DNA from: Eledone cirrhosa
Taxonomy: Eukaryota
Direction of reading: 5' to 3'
NCBI GenBank assembly: GCA_964016885.1
Contig: OZ024744.1
Coordinates: 66,402,001-66,466,000, forward strand
Length of the DNA: 64,000 nucleotides
Made by a program: the position numbers and the translations under genes. The notes under the pieces are model-generated. The model saw only the letters and a program-made list of their open reading frames with translations. It was not told the DNA's origin and ran no database searches. Position 1 is the stretch's first letter. Each line of letters starts with the position of its first letter. Positions 1-13,274 of this stretch are shown in pieces.

Positions 1-1380
1 GTTTGCCTACTCCGTAGCTACCGTCTATATTGATCGCCCTGCACTTTTTTTATTCAGCTATCGTCTTTCATGCGCATCACGTGACCATACCAACGTAGTC
101 TTCTCTCGAGTAAACAGCATCTGATCCCTCTTATTCCTAATTTCTCACTTCATTTATGCTTTACCATTCACGTAGATTACTATTACATATCCAACAGAGC
201 AAGCAAGCTTCATTCCTCTCCAGTCTGCGTAGATCCTCTGCACACAATGCCCATGTCTCACTGCCATGTAACATTGCTGTTTGTATGCAGGCATCATACA
301 GCCTGCCTTTTATTTTTAGAGAGAAACCTTTAGTGGCCAATAGTGGTATAAGCTCTCTGAACTTTTTCTATCCCGTTCGGACTCTAGCTACAGTACTTTT
401 GGAGCACCCTCCACCACTGCTGATTTTGTCACCCAGGTAATGGAAGGTGTCCACTATTTCTATAGAACCATCTGGGCAATGGAATGAGCTAGTATTCTGT
501 GGGCATTTGCTGCTACTTATTGCACCAGAGCACCGGCCACATATAAAATCTATATTCTTAGTTAGCTTACCTGTGATCCCACTACATCTTTTATGCACCT
601 ATACTTTGCATTTGGGACATAAAGTGGAGTTTCTGCCTACTCCTTTCCTACACACTGAGCATAGCCATTTCCCAGATAGGACCAGTGCCCTATTCTCCTG
701 CCTACATATTAGGACTTTAGTCTTAGACAAGTTAACTTTAAGGCTTTTTGATTCTAGGCCATGCTTCCATGTTTGGAATTTCTTCTCTGGTTCAGCCATT
801 GATTCGGCTATGAGCGTTAGATCATCTGTGTATAGAAGTTCCCATGGGCAGCCGGTCTTGAACTCCTCCGTTATAGCTTGGAGGGCGATAATAAATAGGA
901 GGGGGCTAAGGATGGAGCCCTGATGAACACCAACTTTTACGCTAAACTCTTCACTATAGTCATTGTTAATTCTAACCTTGCTGACTGTTTCTTTATACAT
1001 GGCTTGTATAGCTCTCACAAGCCATTCATCTACACCTAGTTTTCTAAGAGCCCACCAGATAATGGAATGGGGGACTCTGTCAAAGGCTTTCTCCAGGTCT
1101 ACAAAAGCTAAGTAGAGGGGTTTACTTTTAGCTAGGTACTTCTGTAGTTGTCGTACAATGAAAAGAGCATCTGTGGTACTTTTACCTGACACAAAACCCA
1201 AACTGCATTTTATCTAGATCAATTCACTCTCTGATTAGTTGAGCTATTACTTTTTCTGTGACCTTCATGACCTGGTCTATTAATTTAATGCCTCTATAGT
1301 TTCCCCTAACTAGGGCATCTCCTTTACCCTTGTAGCAGTTAATGATGATGCTGCTATGCCAGTCCTTTGGTACGACCCCA
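1..1380 (-). mobile_element. Degraded RTE LINE fragment (RT, PHD finger and C-terminal region), same subfamily as 43955-47497
   Basis: Minus-strand ORFs give GVVPKDWHSSII, AFVDLEKAFDRV, VGVHQGSILSP, YTDD and CSVCRKGVGRNSTLCPKC, broken by stops and frameshifts. The fragment abuts (TA)n at 1381. Confidence 0.93.
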
Positions 1381-1411
1381 TATACATATATATATATATA
1401 TATGTATATAT

Positions 1412-1568
1412 ACATCATCATCATCGTTTAACGCCTATCTTACACACTAGCATGGCTTAGACGGGAGTTGTCCCAATTTGAGGCAAGGTTAGTAGGGTGA
1501 CTGTGTCTCACTCGTATAGGACTATCTGGCAGGTTTTCTACGGCTGGATGCTCTTCCTAACACCAACC
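1412..1568 (-). mobile_element. RTE LINE 3' tail fragment
   Basis: Reverse complement of GGTTGGTGTTAGGAAG..CATCCAGC..CCATGCTAG..GTTAAACGATGATGAT, matching the 3' end at ~47350-47497. Confidence 0.75.
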
Positions 1569-1686
1569 ATATATACTTATACATATATGCATATACATCT
1601 GTATGTATATATACATATATGTGTATATACATATATACAAATATACATAAACATATATATACATATATCTCTCTGTAAAGAAGAAG

Positions 1687-1717
<31 letters not shown>

Positions 1718-2809
1718 GATAAGGGCAGCGAAAATGAACCACTTTGGCAATATTTTGGAGGATTATTATTGCAGGGATCTTGGACATGATTACACAAAGG
1801 GGATTAATGAGAGAAAGATAAAGAGAAAGAAAAAGGAAAAGAGAAAGAGATAGACAACTTTCTAGTAGCTGAGTCCAAGTTGAATCACTTAATGAAATTG
1901 ATTTCAGAAATGTGTCTGTCATCTACAACCTAGAAGACTGTAGACTAGCGTTGACTTTGTGAGAAATCAGACTGATATGATTCACTTAGTCATTAGTTGC
2001 AAAATGCTAAAGCAGATGGATTACAAACAGTGCAATAAACACAGTGTGTTTTATTTAATTAATATCCATTGGTATTTGTGATAAAAATATAGATTTCAAC
2101 TTTCTGCAAAATAGTATGATCATAAAGTAGTTTGAAAAAAAAAAAAAAAAAATAAATAAAAATACTGTGACAGCTCCCATCATCACCACCATAAAAAAAA
2201 ATAAAATAAAATAAGATAAATTTTTTTTATGTGACTTTAATAACTAAACAACCAAGTAATAGAAAACAGATGACCTGGTATTGTGTTTATTTATAGGGAA
2301 ACAAGCAAATGTTTATAATCAGCATTGCTATATCTAGAGATCACAATATTGTACATGCGGAATTTAAACAAAACAAACCCCACAAAAAAAAAAAAAAAAA
2401 AAAAAAAAAAACATATGCATAATTATTCAGAACTTAAGTTAGTGCTGTGAAGAAGAATGTATAAAAACGAAGAAAGGAAGGCATATGCAATGCCAATAAT
2501 AGTCAGAGAAAGATTCAATGGTTAATGGTTGAAGGAAAGCTTCTGTTCCACATTAAGCAATAAAACACGGCAAACACTGTTTATACAAACAATGACTGTG
2601 TTGATTTAATTGAATTGACTCCCATTTCTAAATTGATAATTATTTCATTGACTCTGGATGGATGGAAGACACAGTAGGATTTGAACTCATAAAAAAAAAA
2701 TGTTGAAGTAGAGTATTATATGAAATTCATAAAAATAATTTGAAAAATCAAAACAAAAATAGCTGTTAAAACTACTAAATGCTGTCAATAGTAACAAACA
2801 AATCTGGTA

Positions 2810-3215
2810 GAAATACCTCAAATGACAGAAATCAGTGACCAGTGGTCAGAAAAGTGAAAAGTGAAATTGTGAGGTGGTTGACAGGTAGATAAAACAGTAA
2901 AGTTGACAGGTAGATGAAACATAGAAAAGTTTGAGAGAGGAGGAGAAGGAGAGGTAAAAATACCTCAAATGACAGAAATCAGTGAACAGTGGTCAGTAAA
3001 GAGAAAAATACAGTTGTGATGTGGTTGACAGGTAGATGAAAGATAGAAAGGTTGTGAGTGACAGGTAGATGAAACATAGAAAAGTTTGAGAGAGGAGGAG
3101 AAGAAGGGGTAAAAATACCTCATAGGACAGAAATCAGTGATCAGTGGTCATTAAAGAGAAAAATAGTTGTGATGTGGTTGACAGGTAGATGAAACATAGA
3201 AAGGTTTGAGGGAAG
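2810..3215. repeat. Imperfect tandem triplication, ~150-bp unit
   Basis: AAATACCTCA..GACAGAAATCAGTGA.CAGTGGTCA and GTTGACAGGTAGATGAAACATAGAAA recur at ~2811, ~2958 and ~3113. Confidence 0.8.
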
Positions 3216-3784
3216 AGAAAAAATAGAGATGTGAGTTGGAAATGTGGAAGTGATAAGAAGAAAGAAATATATGAGAAAACATTGATAAGGACATAAATAA
3301 AAATAAGAAAGTGAATGACAACAGCAAATTGAAAATCATAATAATCTCCTTTATCCATCTTTTAATACCAAACAGCTAAAAACCGCTTTTGGCACTAAAA
3401 ATCAGAACTACTTATTTTAATGTTATAATATTTGTTTCAACACATGATTTCATATAAAAAAAAACTTGCAAAACAAATACACAGCCACTATTTATCTTAA
3501 GCATTTATATTTATCTTAAAACCTTCCAACATAATTTTATGTAAGAATCTATAAGTTATTTTCTAAGCATTAGCTTAATAATGAGAAAGTTAGTTGTATT
3601 AAATCCTTAAAAATTCTTGAATGTTTGAAAATTATATATAGTATTTTTCATTATAAATATGGTAAAGAAATATAGTAATTGAAACTAAGTAATTCTGAAC
3701 TAGAACTAAAGAAACAATTTGAAAGTCTTCCAGAGTTTCACAGATATAATTAATATACAGTGTACCACACACAAAATGTATAAA

Positions 3785-4127
3785 GGGGTAAAGACCCCAT
3801 TCAGTCACAAATGACCATGGGATTTGCACCTAGAAAGTTTCCCTCCAAGGCACAAGTCCAGACAAGGTTGTCTGTGGAAGACCATCAGTCACCCATGCAT
3901 ACCAACCTCCCCTCTCCATGCCACCAATGTTGTCCAAAGGAAAAGCAATGACCAATACAGCTTGGCACCAGTGACGTCGCAACTCATTTCCGCTGCTGAG
4001 TGAACTGGAGTAATGTGAAATAAAGTGTCTTGCTTAAGAACACAATACAAAGCCCGGTCTGAGAATCGAACTCACAACCTCATGATTGTAAGCCCAATGC
4101 TCTAACCACTAAACCATGCGCCTTCAC
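3785..4127 (-). mobile_element. tRNA-derived CORE-type SINE with a 3' tail different from the other CORE copies
   Basis: On the minus strand: A box (TGGTTTAGTGG), B box (GAGTTCGATTC), then a CORE-like block (CTTAAGCAAGACACT..CAGTTCACTCAGC..GAAATGAG). Confidence 0.8.
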
Positions 4128-4912
4128 ATGCAAAACATTCTGGACAATTTTCAAAATTATTTGGAAATCATTAGGCAGAGCCTTTCCTTAAAAATATGGT
4201 AACAAAACGGTTAAACAACTTAAATACTGTGCAGAAGGGAGTCAGTTGAAAAGCTAAGGAATCACACAAAGATAACATTATGAGAGTTTTACCATTCCAT
4301 TCCATTTTGTAAACAGTGCAAGTCAAACAATACTCAAGTATTTCTGTAAAGACACTAACAGATTACCTAAAAGGAGAGATGTAGGCATATTCCGGAATAT
4401 GGCAATACTAGCAGGGTCTGTGAAGACACAGTTAGGGTATATATTCATACAGAACTTGTTAACCATGAAAAATTTTATGGATGTTTTCCAAGGTGTACAC
4501 CTAGTTCTTTCCAAGGAAAGAAATCTCTTGTTGTATCTCTAAAAAAAAACCTATGAGCAATAAAGATAATTATCATCAATGAAGGTGATGATCATGACTA
4601 CAACAATAACTACAACAACAAGTACAATAACTACAACAACTAAAGATGAATACAAACGATTTCAATAATATAAATAATAAAAGTGAGATCATATTTTAGA
4701 ATAGCTAGTTCTAATTGAGAATGCATGAAAGGATGATCACATATGTACATGTATGTACGTACATATGTGTGTGTGTATGAATGTATGTGTGTATGTATGA
4801 TGTATGTATGTATGTATGTATGTATGTATGTATGTATGTATGTATGTACGTACATATGTGTGAGTGTATGTGTGTATGAATGTATGTATGTACGTATGTA
4901 TGGTCACCAGTT

Positions 4913-5521
4913 ATGTCAGGTCACCAGTTGGTGCTACTGGTAACATGTATCCCAGTACAACCTGTCTCATGGTCGGGTCGTTGGCGACTAAACTGGCAAC
5001 CCCACCAAGGTTTCTTGGTGAGGAGGGTGACTTTGGACATCCTGCAGGACTAAAAACAAAACCTGTCAAAGGGCAAAGGAGCTCTTAAGAGTCAATGGCC
5101 ATCCACAATCACCAGGAGAGATGACCCCTTAGCCTTTGTCAAGGCAGAATTCTAGGAGAAGGAAAACTCTGATATAACACCTGCAACTCTGATGGTATCC
5201 AATGATGTTGACTTGTTCTTCTTTTTGGTAAATATCATCTCAGTTAAGAAAGTGGGACTGGCTTTGTGCAGTGCCTTTGCTCACTATAAAAGCTTCACGG
5301 AACAGGCATTGCTTTATATCTGGAGATCTCTCTGCACTTGTCGTCACATGGTACCATGGGCCCAGCACTGTGTCAATAATTGTCACAAGTGTAGTGTTTG
5401 TACCAGAGTTTTCAAGTCACTGGCTGGACTAAAAAGTCACACTCGTTCAGCGCATCGGTAGGGGTTCTCCTACATGGATATAAAGTAGTGGCCGTACTCG
5501 AAAACGAGTTGGCAGCCACCA
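4913..5521 (+). mobile_element. Bipartite non-autonomous RTE derivative (~610 bp), copy 1
   Basis: Near-identical to 47962-48578. Carries the RTE-5'UTR-like motif CTAGGAGAAGGAAAACTCTGA and a 3' C2H2 remnant (CSVCTRVFKSLAGLKSHTRSAH-R*). Flanked by (TATG)n. Confidence 0.8.
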
Positions 5522-6024
5522 TATATGCAAGTATGTATGTATGCATATATATATATATATGCATATATAAATACATACATACACCCATACATACATACAC
5601 ACATTGAACAAATATGTGTGTGCATATGTGCGTATACGTGTGTATGTACCTGTGTGTCTGTGTGTCTATGTGCCTGTGTATGTGTGTAATAAAAATAAAG
5701 CGAGAGAGGAAACATTGGTCAAAGGAAATTTATTAAATGTTTGTTATAAATAATGAAGTGGTTGAGTCACATACATCAAACATATCTCTCCATCTCTCTC
5801 TCTCTCACACACATGCACACTCTCTTTCTCTTCTTCTCTCTCTTTCAATCTTCCTCTCTCTCCTCTTTTTCCTTCTCTTCTCAATCTCTATCTCTCCACC
5901 CTTCTCTCTCACACACTCTCTCTCTCCCTCTCTCTCTCTCCCACACACCCTCTGTCTCTCTCTATTTCTGAAAGAAGATAAAGAGCGAGCCATTCTGTTA
6001 TTTCTTTTTCCTCTTGGTGACCTA

Positions 6025-8773
6025 CATGTATGTGTTGGTACATGTGTAAATAGATCATGTATGTGTTGGTATGTGTGTAAATAGATCATGTATGTGTTGG
6101 TATGTGTGTAAACAGATCATGTATGTGTTGGAATGTGTGTAAACATATCATGAGTGTGTTGGTATGTGTGTAAACATATCATGAGTGTGTTGGTATGTGT
6201 GTAAACAGATCATGTATGTGTTTGTATGTGTGTAAACATATCATGAGTGTGTTGGTATGTGTGTAAACAGATCATGAGTGTGTTGGTATGTGTGTAAACA
6301 GATCATGTATGTGTTGGTATGTGTGTAAACAGATCATGAGTGTGTTGGTATATGTGTAAACAGATCATGAGTGTGTTGGTATGTGTGTAAACAGATCATG
6401 TATGTGTTAGTATGTGTGTAAACAGATCATGTATGTGTTGGTATGTGTGTAAACAGATCATGAGTGTGTTGGTATGTGTGTAAACAGATCATGTATGTGT
6501 TGGTATGTGTGTAAACAGATCATGTATGTGTTGGTATGTGTGTAAACAGATCATGTATGTGTTGGTATGTGTGTAAACAGATCATGTATGTGTTGGTATG
6601 TGTGTAAACAGATCATGTATGTGTTGGTATGTGTGTAAACAGATCATGTATGTGTTGGTACATGTGTAAACAGATCATGTATGTGTTGGTACGTGTGTAA
6701 ACAGATCATGTATGTGTTGGTATGTGTGTAAACAGATCATGTATGTGTTGGTATGTGTGTAAACAGATCATGTATGTGTTGGTATGTGTGTAAACAGATC
6801 ATGTATGTGTTAGTATGTGTGTAAACAGATCATGAGTGTGTTGGTATGTGTGTAAACAGATCATGTATGTGTTGGTATGTGTGTAAGCGGATCATGTATA
6901 TGTTGGTATGTGTGTAAACAGATCATGTATGTGTTGGTATGTGTGTAAACAGATCATGTATGTGTTGGTATGTGTGTAAACAGATCATGTATGTGTTGGT
7001 ATGTGTGTAAACAGATCATGTATGTGTTGGTATGTGTGTAAACAGATCATGTATGTGTTGGTATGTGTGTAAACAGATCATGTATGTGTTGGTACGTGTG
7101 TAAACAGATCATGTATGTGTTGGTATGTGTGTAAACAGATCATGTATGTGTTGGTATGTGTGTAAACAGATCATGTATGTGTTGGTATGTGTGTAAACAG
7201 ATCATGTATGTGTTGGTATATGTGTAAACAAATCATGAGTGTGTTGGTATGTGTGTAAATAGATCATGTATGTGTTGGTATGTGTGTAAACAGATCATGA
7301 GTGTGTTGGTATGTGTGTAAATATATCATGTATGTGTTGGTATGTGTGTAAACAGATCATGTATGTGTTGGTATGTGTGTAAACAGATCATGTATGTGTT
7401 GGTATGTGTGTAAACAGATCATGTATGTGTTGGTATGTGTGTAAACAGATCATGAGTGTGTTGGTATGTGTGTAAACAGATCATGTATGTGTTGGTATGT
7501 GTGTAAACAGATCATGAGTGTGTTGGTATGTGTGTAAATAGATCATGTATGTGTTGGTATGTGTGTAAACAGATCATGTATGTGTTGGTATGTGTGTAAA
7601 CAGATCATGTATGTGTTGGTATGTGTGTAAACAGATCATGAGTGTGTTGGTATGTGTGTAAACAGATCATGTATGTGTTGGTATGTGTGTAAACAGATCA
7701 TGAGTGTGTTGGTATGTGTGTAAATAGATCATGTATGTGTTGGTATGTGTGTAAACAGATCATGTATGTGTTGGTATGTGTGTAAACAGATCATGAGTGT
7801 GTTGGTATGTGTGTAAACAGATCATGTATGTGTTGGTATGTGTGTAAACAGATCATGTATGTGTTGGTATATGTGTAAACAGATCATGAGTGTGTTGGTA
7901 TGTGTGTAAACAGATCATGTATGTGTTGGTATGTGTGTAAACAGATCATATATGTGTTGGTATGTGTGTAAACAGATCATGTATGTGTGGGTATGTGTGT
8001 AAACAGATCATGAGTGTGTTGGTATGTGTGTAGGCAGATCATGTATGTGTTGGTATGTGTGTAAACAGATCATATATGTGTTGGTATGTGTGTAGGCAGA
8101 TCATGTATGTGTTGGTATGTGTGTAAACAGATCATGTATGTGTTGGTATGTGTGTAAACAGATCATGTATGTGTTGGTATGTGTGTAAACAGATCATGAG
8201 TGTGTTGGTATGTGTGTAAACAGATCATGTATGTGTTGGTATGTGTGTAAACAGATCATGAGTGTGTTGGTATGTGTGTAAACAGATCATGTATGTGTTG
8301 GTATGTGTGTAAACAGATCATGTATGTGTTGGTATGTGTGTAAACAGATCATGAGTGTGTTGGTATGTGTGTAAACAGATCATGTATGTGTTGGTATGTG
8401 TGTAAACAGATCATGTATGTGTTGGTATATGTGTAAACAGATCATGAGTGTGTTGGTATGTGTGTAAACAGATCATGTATGTGTTGGTATGTGTGTAAAC
8501 AGATCATATATGTGTTGGTATGTGTGTAAACAGATCATGTATGTGTGGGTATGTGTGTAAACAGATCATGAGTGTGTTGGTATGTGTGTAGGCAGATCAT
8601 GTATGTGTTGGTATGTGTGTAAACAGATCATATATGTGTTGGTATGTGTGTAGGCAGATCATGTATGTGTTGGTATGTGTGTAAACAGATCATGTATGTG
8701 TTGGTATGTGTGTAGGCAGATCATGTATGTGTGGGTATGTGTGTAGGCAGATCGTGTATGTGTCGGTATGTGT
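6025..8773. repeat. 31-bp minisatellite, ~88 copies
   Basis: Unit AAACAGATCATGTATGTGTTGGTATGTGTGT repeated head-to-tail with point variants and no spacers. Confidence 0.98.
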
Positions 8774-9245
8774 GAGGGGGGTATGTCTGAAAAGTTGACC
8801 AAGATATTCTCATGGAATGACCAAATTTCACTTACAGGACATTGGTCAACTTGAAGCTATAGTAAAATATATTTTTGTTGTCCCAAAATACCACACAGTG
8901 GGACTGAACCTGAAACCACATCGTTGTATAACAAACTTCTTAAAACATCGTTGTATAACAAACTTCTTAAAACATCGTTGTATAACAAACTTCTTAAAAC
9001 AAACTGCCATGCTTGTAACAGACAAAACACCCGCATTCTTTTCTTATTTTAATCTATCTTTCTATTTCTTCTTTCATATCTCATTCTATCTTCTGATGTT
9101 GGACTAACGTCTGACACATTAACACCCTTTTCCTACTAAATCAAGCATTAAACTAATATATATATCTTCATTATACAGTATCATCCGTTTCCTTGTGTTG
9201 CTTATTCATCTACGTTTCGCATATATAATAATAGTAATAGTAATG

Positions 9246-9290
<45 letters not shown>

Positions 9291-9292
9291 TA

Positions 9293-9850
9293 TATAGCTA
9301 AGACAAAAGTGTTGGTAAGTAGAAAAGAGGAGAAAACTCTGATTCCGTCAGGGAAATGGCCATGTTTGATATGTAGAAAAGGAACTGGCATAAATTCTAT
9401 AAAATGCACACAATGCAGATCCTGGGTAGACAAGAGATGTAGCGGGATAGCAGGCAAACTAACAGGTAGGGAGAAATACGTATGCAGTAGATGTACAGGG
9501 AAATTTGACAGTAAAAGTTGCATTGATAGACACATTTTTTAAATGCAGGAGGGTTCTATAGAAGTGGTAGATAGCTTTCGGTACATAGGTGATCAGATTA
9601 GCATGTGGGGGGGGGGGTTCTGAGGCCATAGTATCTGGAATAAGGACGGGTTGGAAGAAGTTTAGGGAGCTGCTTCCTCTGTTGACAAAGAAGGGTTTCT
9701 CCCTGCGTACGAAAGGCCGGTTATATGATGCCTGTGTGAGATGTGCAATGCTGCATGGTAGTGAGACATGGGCAGCAACTGCAGAGGTTATGCGACGGCT
9801 GGAGAGAAATGAAGCAAGCATGCTCCGTTGGATGGGCAATGTCAATGTAA
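9293..9850 (+). mobile_element. RTE LINE fragment (second subfamily; PHD finger and post-RT region)
   Basis: IAKTKVLVSRK..GKWPCLICRKGTGINSIKCTQC..CSRC and GWKKFRELLPLL..MLHGSETW. Bounded by (TAA)n and (TA)n. Confidence 0.9.
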
Positions 9851-9885
9851 TTTATATGTATACATAAATAAATATATATATATAT

Positions 9886-10205
9886 ATATCATCATCATCA
9901 TCATAATTTTACGTCCGCTTTTCCCTGCTTGCAAGAGTGGGACGGGTCCTATTCAGCCTAGCATCTTTCCACTTGTCACGCTCCTTCGTCATCTCCACCG
10001 TGAGCTTCAGCTATCTGAGGTCTGCTCTCACCACCTCCGCCCATGTTTTCTGTGGTTTACCTCTACTGCATCCTACTTCCAATGTGATTTCTTGGCACTT
10101 CTTTATCCAACGGTCATCCTCCATGCGCATCACATGTCCATACCATCTCTCCTGCACACCACAACTTATCCCTCTTATACCCAGTTTCTTTCTCAACTTA
10201 TCAAA
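9886..10205 (-). mobile_element. RTE LINE 3' fragment with internally shortened 3' UTR and (GAT)n tail
   Basis: RKKLGIRGISCGVQE-RWYGHVMRMEDDRWIKKC..GKPQKTW, followed by the terminal hairpin and GAT repeats. Confidence 0.85.
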
Positions 10206-10598
10206 TTGGACTGAGGAAACAATGTTTCCATTGGTCTTTCCAATTGCTAATACTATCTATCGGTTGCAACTCCAGATAGAAGGAAGGAGCAATGTGAAAT
10301 AAACTGTCTTGCTCAAGGTCCAGGAATCAAACTGACAACCTCACGATTGTGAATCCAATTCTCTAACCACTCACTCAGCCATGCACCTTCATATATATAT
10401 ATATCCTCTATGAACGCCATCTTTGCGTTACTTCTACTCTCTGAAATTCATACCGTCTGATATGTTGGAATTTCCTTTTTCCTTTTCAAACTGTGAACGT
10501 GTGAACCTAATAAGATAATTGGTGTTGTATCACTGTTTTTGTCTTTTTTTTTTAACTAAGTATTTGAATGTATGTATATACACATATATATATATATT

Positions 10599-10694
10599 AG
10601 ATATTAGTTTAACAATGATAATAACAAGGGCAAGTTATTTTACTATGTAAAATAACTTGCCTTTATTATTATCATCATTGTTAAACTAATATCT
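10599..10694. repeat. Near-perfect palindrome (~46-bp arms, 3-nt loop)
   Basis: AGATATTAGTTTAACAATGAT..GGCAAGTTATTTTAC-TAT-GTAAAATAACTTGCC..ATCATTGTTAAACTAATATCT. Confidence 0.85.
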
Positions 10695-11554
10695 TATATA
10701 TCAGACTCTGTATATAAAGGATTGACTCAGCAAGACATGGAATCTATCTCTGGATCTCACTGAATTACTTACTAACAGATTACATTGAGTTCTAACTATG
10801 GTGTAGACCACATTAAATTATATATATATATATATATAAGTGAAGAATAAGTATGTAAACTGGGTTACAGGTAGATCTTGAAGTATCCTAAGGTAAACAC
10901 TCAACACCCTTAAGTATTGTAGATAACATCTGGTCGTCCAGATGCAGTGAAGAATAAATATGCAAAATAGATTTTTACAATAATTTATTCAGAAATCTTC
11001 CATATCAAAGGTTTCAATGGGTTTGACGACTATGTAGTGCGTTGGTTCCATAATTACAATCTAGCCTGTTCAGAGAACCAGGGGTGGATAAAAATAATGT
11101 TTAGAAGAGGCCGGATGGATACTACGGAACCAACACACTGCATAATTGTAAGACCTGTTGAAACATTTGTAATGTGATTGCATAATAACCCTTTGACATG
11201 TTCTCTTCAGACAGGTGCAAAGTTGTAATGATTTTGTTTTTGATATACTACTGGAGTTATGAGATTTGTGGTAGGAGTCCACTCCAGTAGTCATATGTTT
11301 TTGATGGCTATTATAGTAGGCAGATAGTATGCGGACACACACACACACACACACACTACTGTTGCTGAAATTGTTGGGATCGTAAGAAGGTTAAGGTGTC
11401 AAATTACTAGAAGGATGAGTTGTATCAGTTCATATATGTTAAAGAATTGGTTTGCATAAGTTACTTAAGTTGTAGAGCGATTTACATCTGTTTAATACTA
11501 AAGTCAGTAGATTATCTAATCAACTAACTTTCCTAAATTAAATATGTATATAGA

Positions 11555-11598
<44 letters not shown>

Positions 11599-11600
11599 GA

Positions 11601-11644
<44 letters not shown>

Positions 11645-11647
11645 GAA

Positions 11648-11694
<47 letters not shown>

Positions 11695-11895
11695 CATATA
11701 TATACATATACACATATATATATATACATACACATATATATGTATATACATACACACATATATATATATACATACACACATATATATATATACATACACA
11801 TATACATACATATACACATATATATATACTTATACACATATATATATAAATACATATACATTTATATATATACATATACACAAATATATACATAT

Positions 11896-11942
<47 letters not shown>

Positions 11943-12195
11943 CACATATATATACATATACACACATATATATATATATATATACATATACATTTATATA
12001 CATATATATACTTATACATATATATATATTTATATACCCTTGCAAGCAGCGAAAAGCGGACGTAAAATGATGATGATGATGATGATGATATTTATATATA
12101 AATATATTTATATATATGTGCAACCATGCAGCACGCCATTTTTCATATATATATTTATATATATATACTTATATAATATATATATATATATATTT

Positions 12196-12660
12196 CGTTT
12201 CTGAATTTGTTTAGCAAGATTCTTTATCTGAAAACGTGTGTTGAAACCTATATTGTTATACTTTGGAAGGGTCATCTTGCCAATAAGAAACACACGCACC
12301 AGTTGCTTTCACTCCAATTTATTATAAATTAAATTTATAAATTTCCGGTTGGTTGGTTGGTTCCACAACCAGACGATTGTTCATATATTGTCAAAGTTCT
12401 TTCGTCACCCATTCTGTGACCTCTTCAGTGACTGGGGATTCTTTTCTTTGTTTTTGTGCCTCTCCTTTGTTCTGTCCTACGCCATCTTGTTTTTGTGTGT
12501 GTTGTGTGCTTAGTTTGCGCATGTGTTACATCTGGGTGTCTGTGTGTGTGTGTTTATATTTTTTTATTTACATGTTACTGGTTGGTTGTTTGTTCTATGT
12601 GTGTGTGTATTTTCATTTTGTCCTTAATTGTAAGTTGTGATGTTGCTGTTCCATTCATGG
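12196..12660 (-). mobile_element. Probable Penelope-like pLTR relic, related to 59375-59700
   Basis: Shares GCAAGATT..TATCTGAAAACGTGTGTTGAAAC and the hammerhead-bearing block with 59375-59700. Confidence 0.6.
12390..12432 (-). ncRNA. Minimal type-I hammerhead ribozyme motif
   Basis: Minus strand: GUCA CUGAAGA G GUCAC-AGAAUGG-GUGAC GAAAG AA CUU UGAC. This gives a 4-bp stem I, a 5-bp stem II and a minimal stem III. Confidence 0.75.
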
Positions 12661-12889
12661 ATATATATATATATACTTATATAAAATATTAAACAAATAA
12701 TGAATAAACAATTCCTTATATTAAACAAAAAAAGTTCATTATTTAACGATCGTTTCTAGGATATATATGTGTTAGAATTGGTATGCATATTCAACAGATC
12801 TATGTACAAAATTATACAAAATTATACAAATTATCATATACTTATATATATATATATATATATATATATACTTAGTTTTAATATAGATG

Positions 12890-12940
12890 AGATTCTACAG
12901 GACGAGAACTGTTTCATTCTTGAGAAATCATCTGGAATCT
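12890..12940 (-). ncRNA. Type-I hammerhead-like motif with one core substitution (CAGAUGA)
   Basis: Minus strand: AGAUUC CAGAUGA UUUC-UCAA-GAAU GAAACAG-UUCUCGUC-CUGUA GAAUCU. Stem I is 6 bp and the cleavage triplet is GUA. Confidence 0.65.
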
Positions 12941-13219
12941 GACTGTCAAAATAAATGTGGTGGTATTTATATCTTTTCTGGTCATAGGAGAGGGTGGGGA
13001 ATGGGATGGGTGGAGGTCATTGGTTGGAGGAAAAGGGAATTCATTAAAAGCTAATTCTTTAAAGCTATAATTTATATTATATACATGTATGTATTATATA
13101 CATGTATGTATATAATATACATATAAGTATATATATATATAAAATTAACATGTATGTATATAATATACATATAAGTATATATATATATATAAAATTAACA
13201 TGTATGTATATAATATACT

Positions 13220-13256
<37 letters not shown>

Positions 13257-13274
13257 ACATATAAGTATATACAT

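Noticed and set aside
920-935. CTGATGA matches inside LINE coding sequence (also ~33583)
   Set aside because: There are no flanking stems in hammerhead geometry; these are chance matches.
6025-8773. CRISPR-like or coding repeat
   Set aside because: It is a spacer-free 31-bp tandem repeat with no long ORF.
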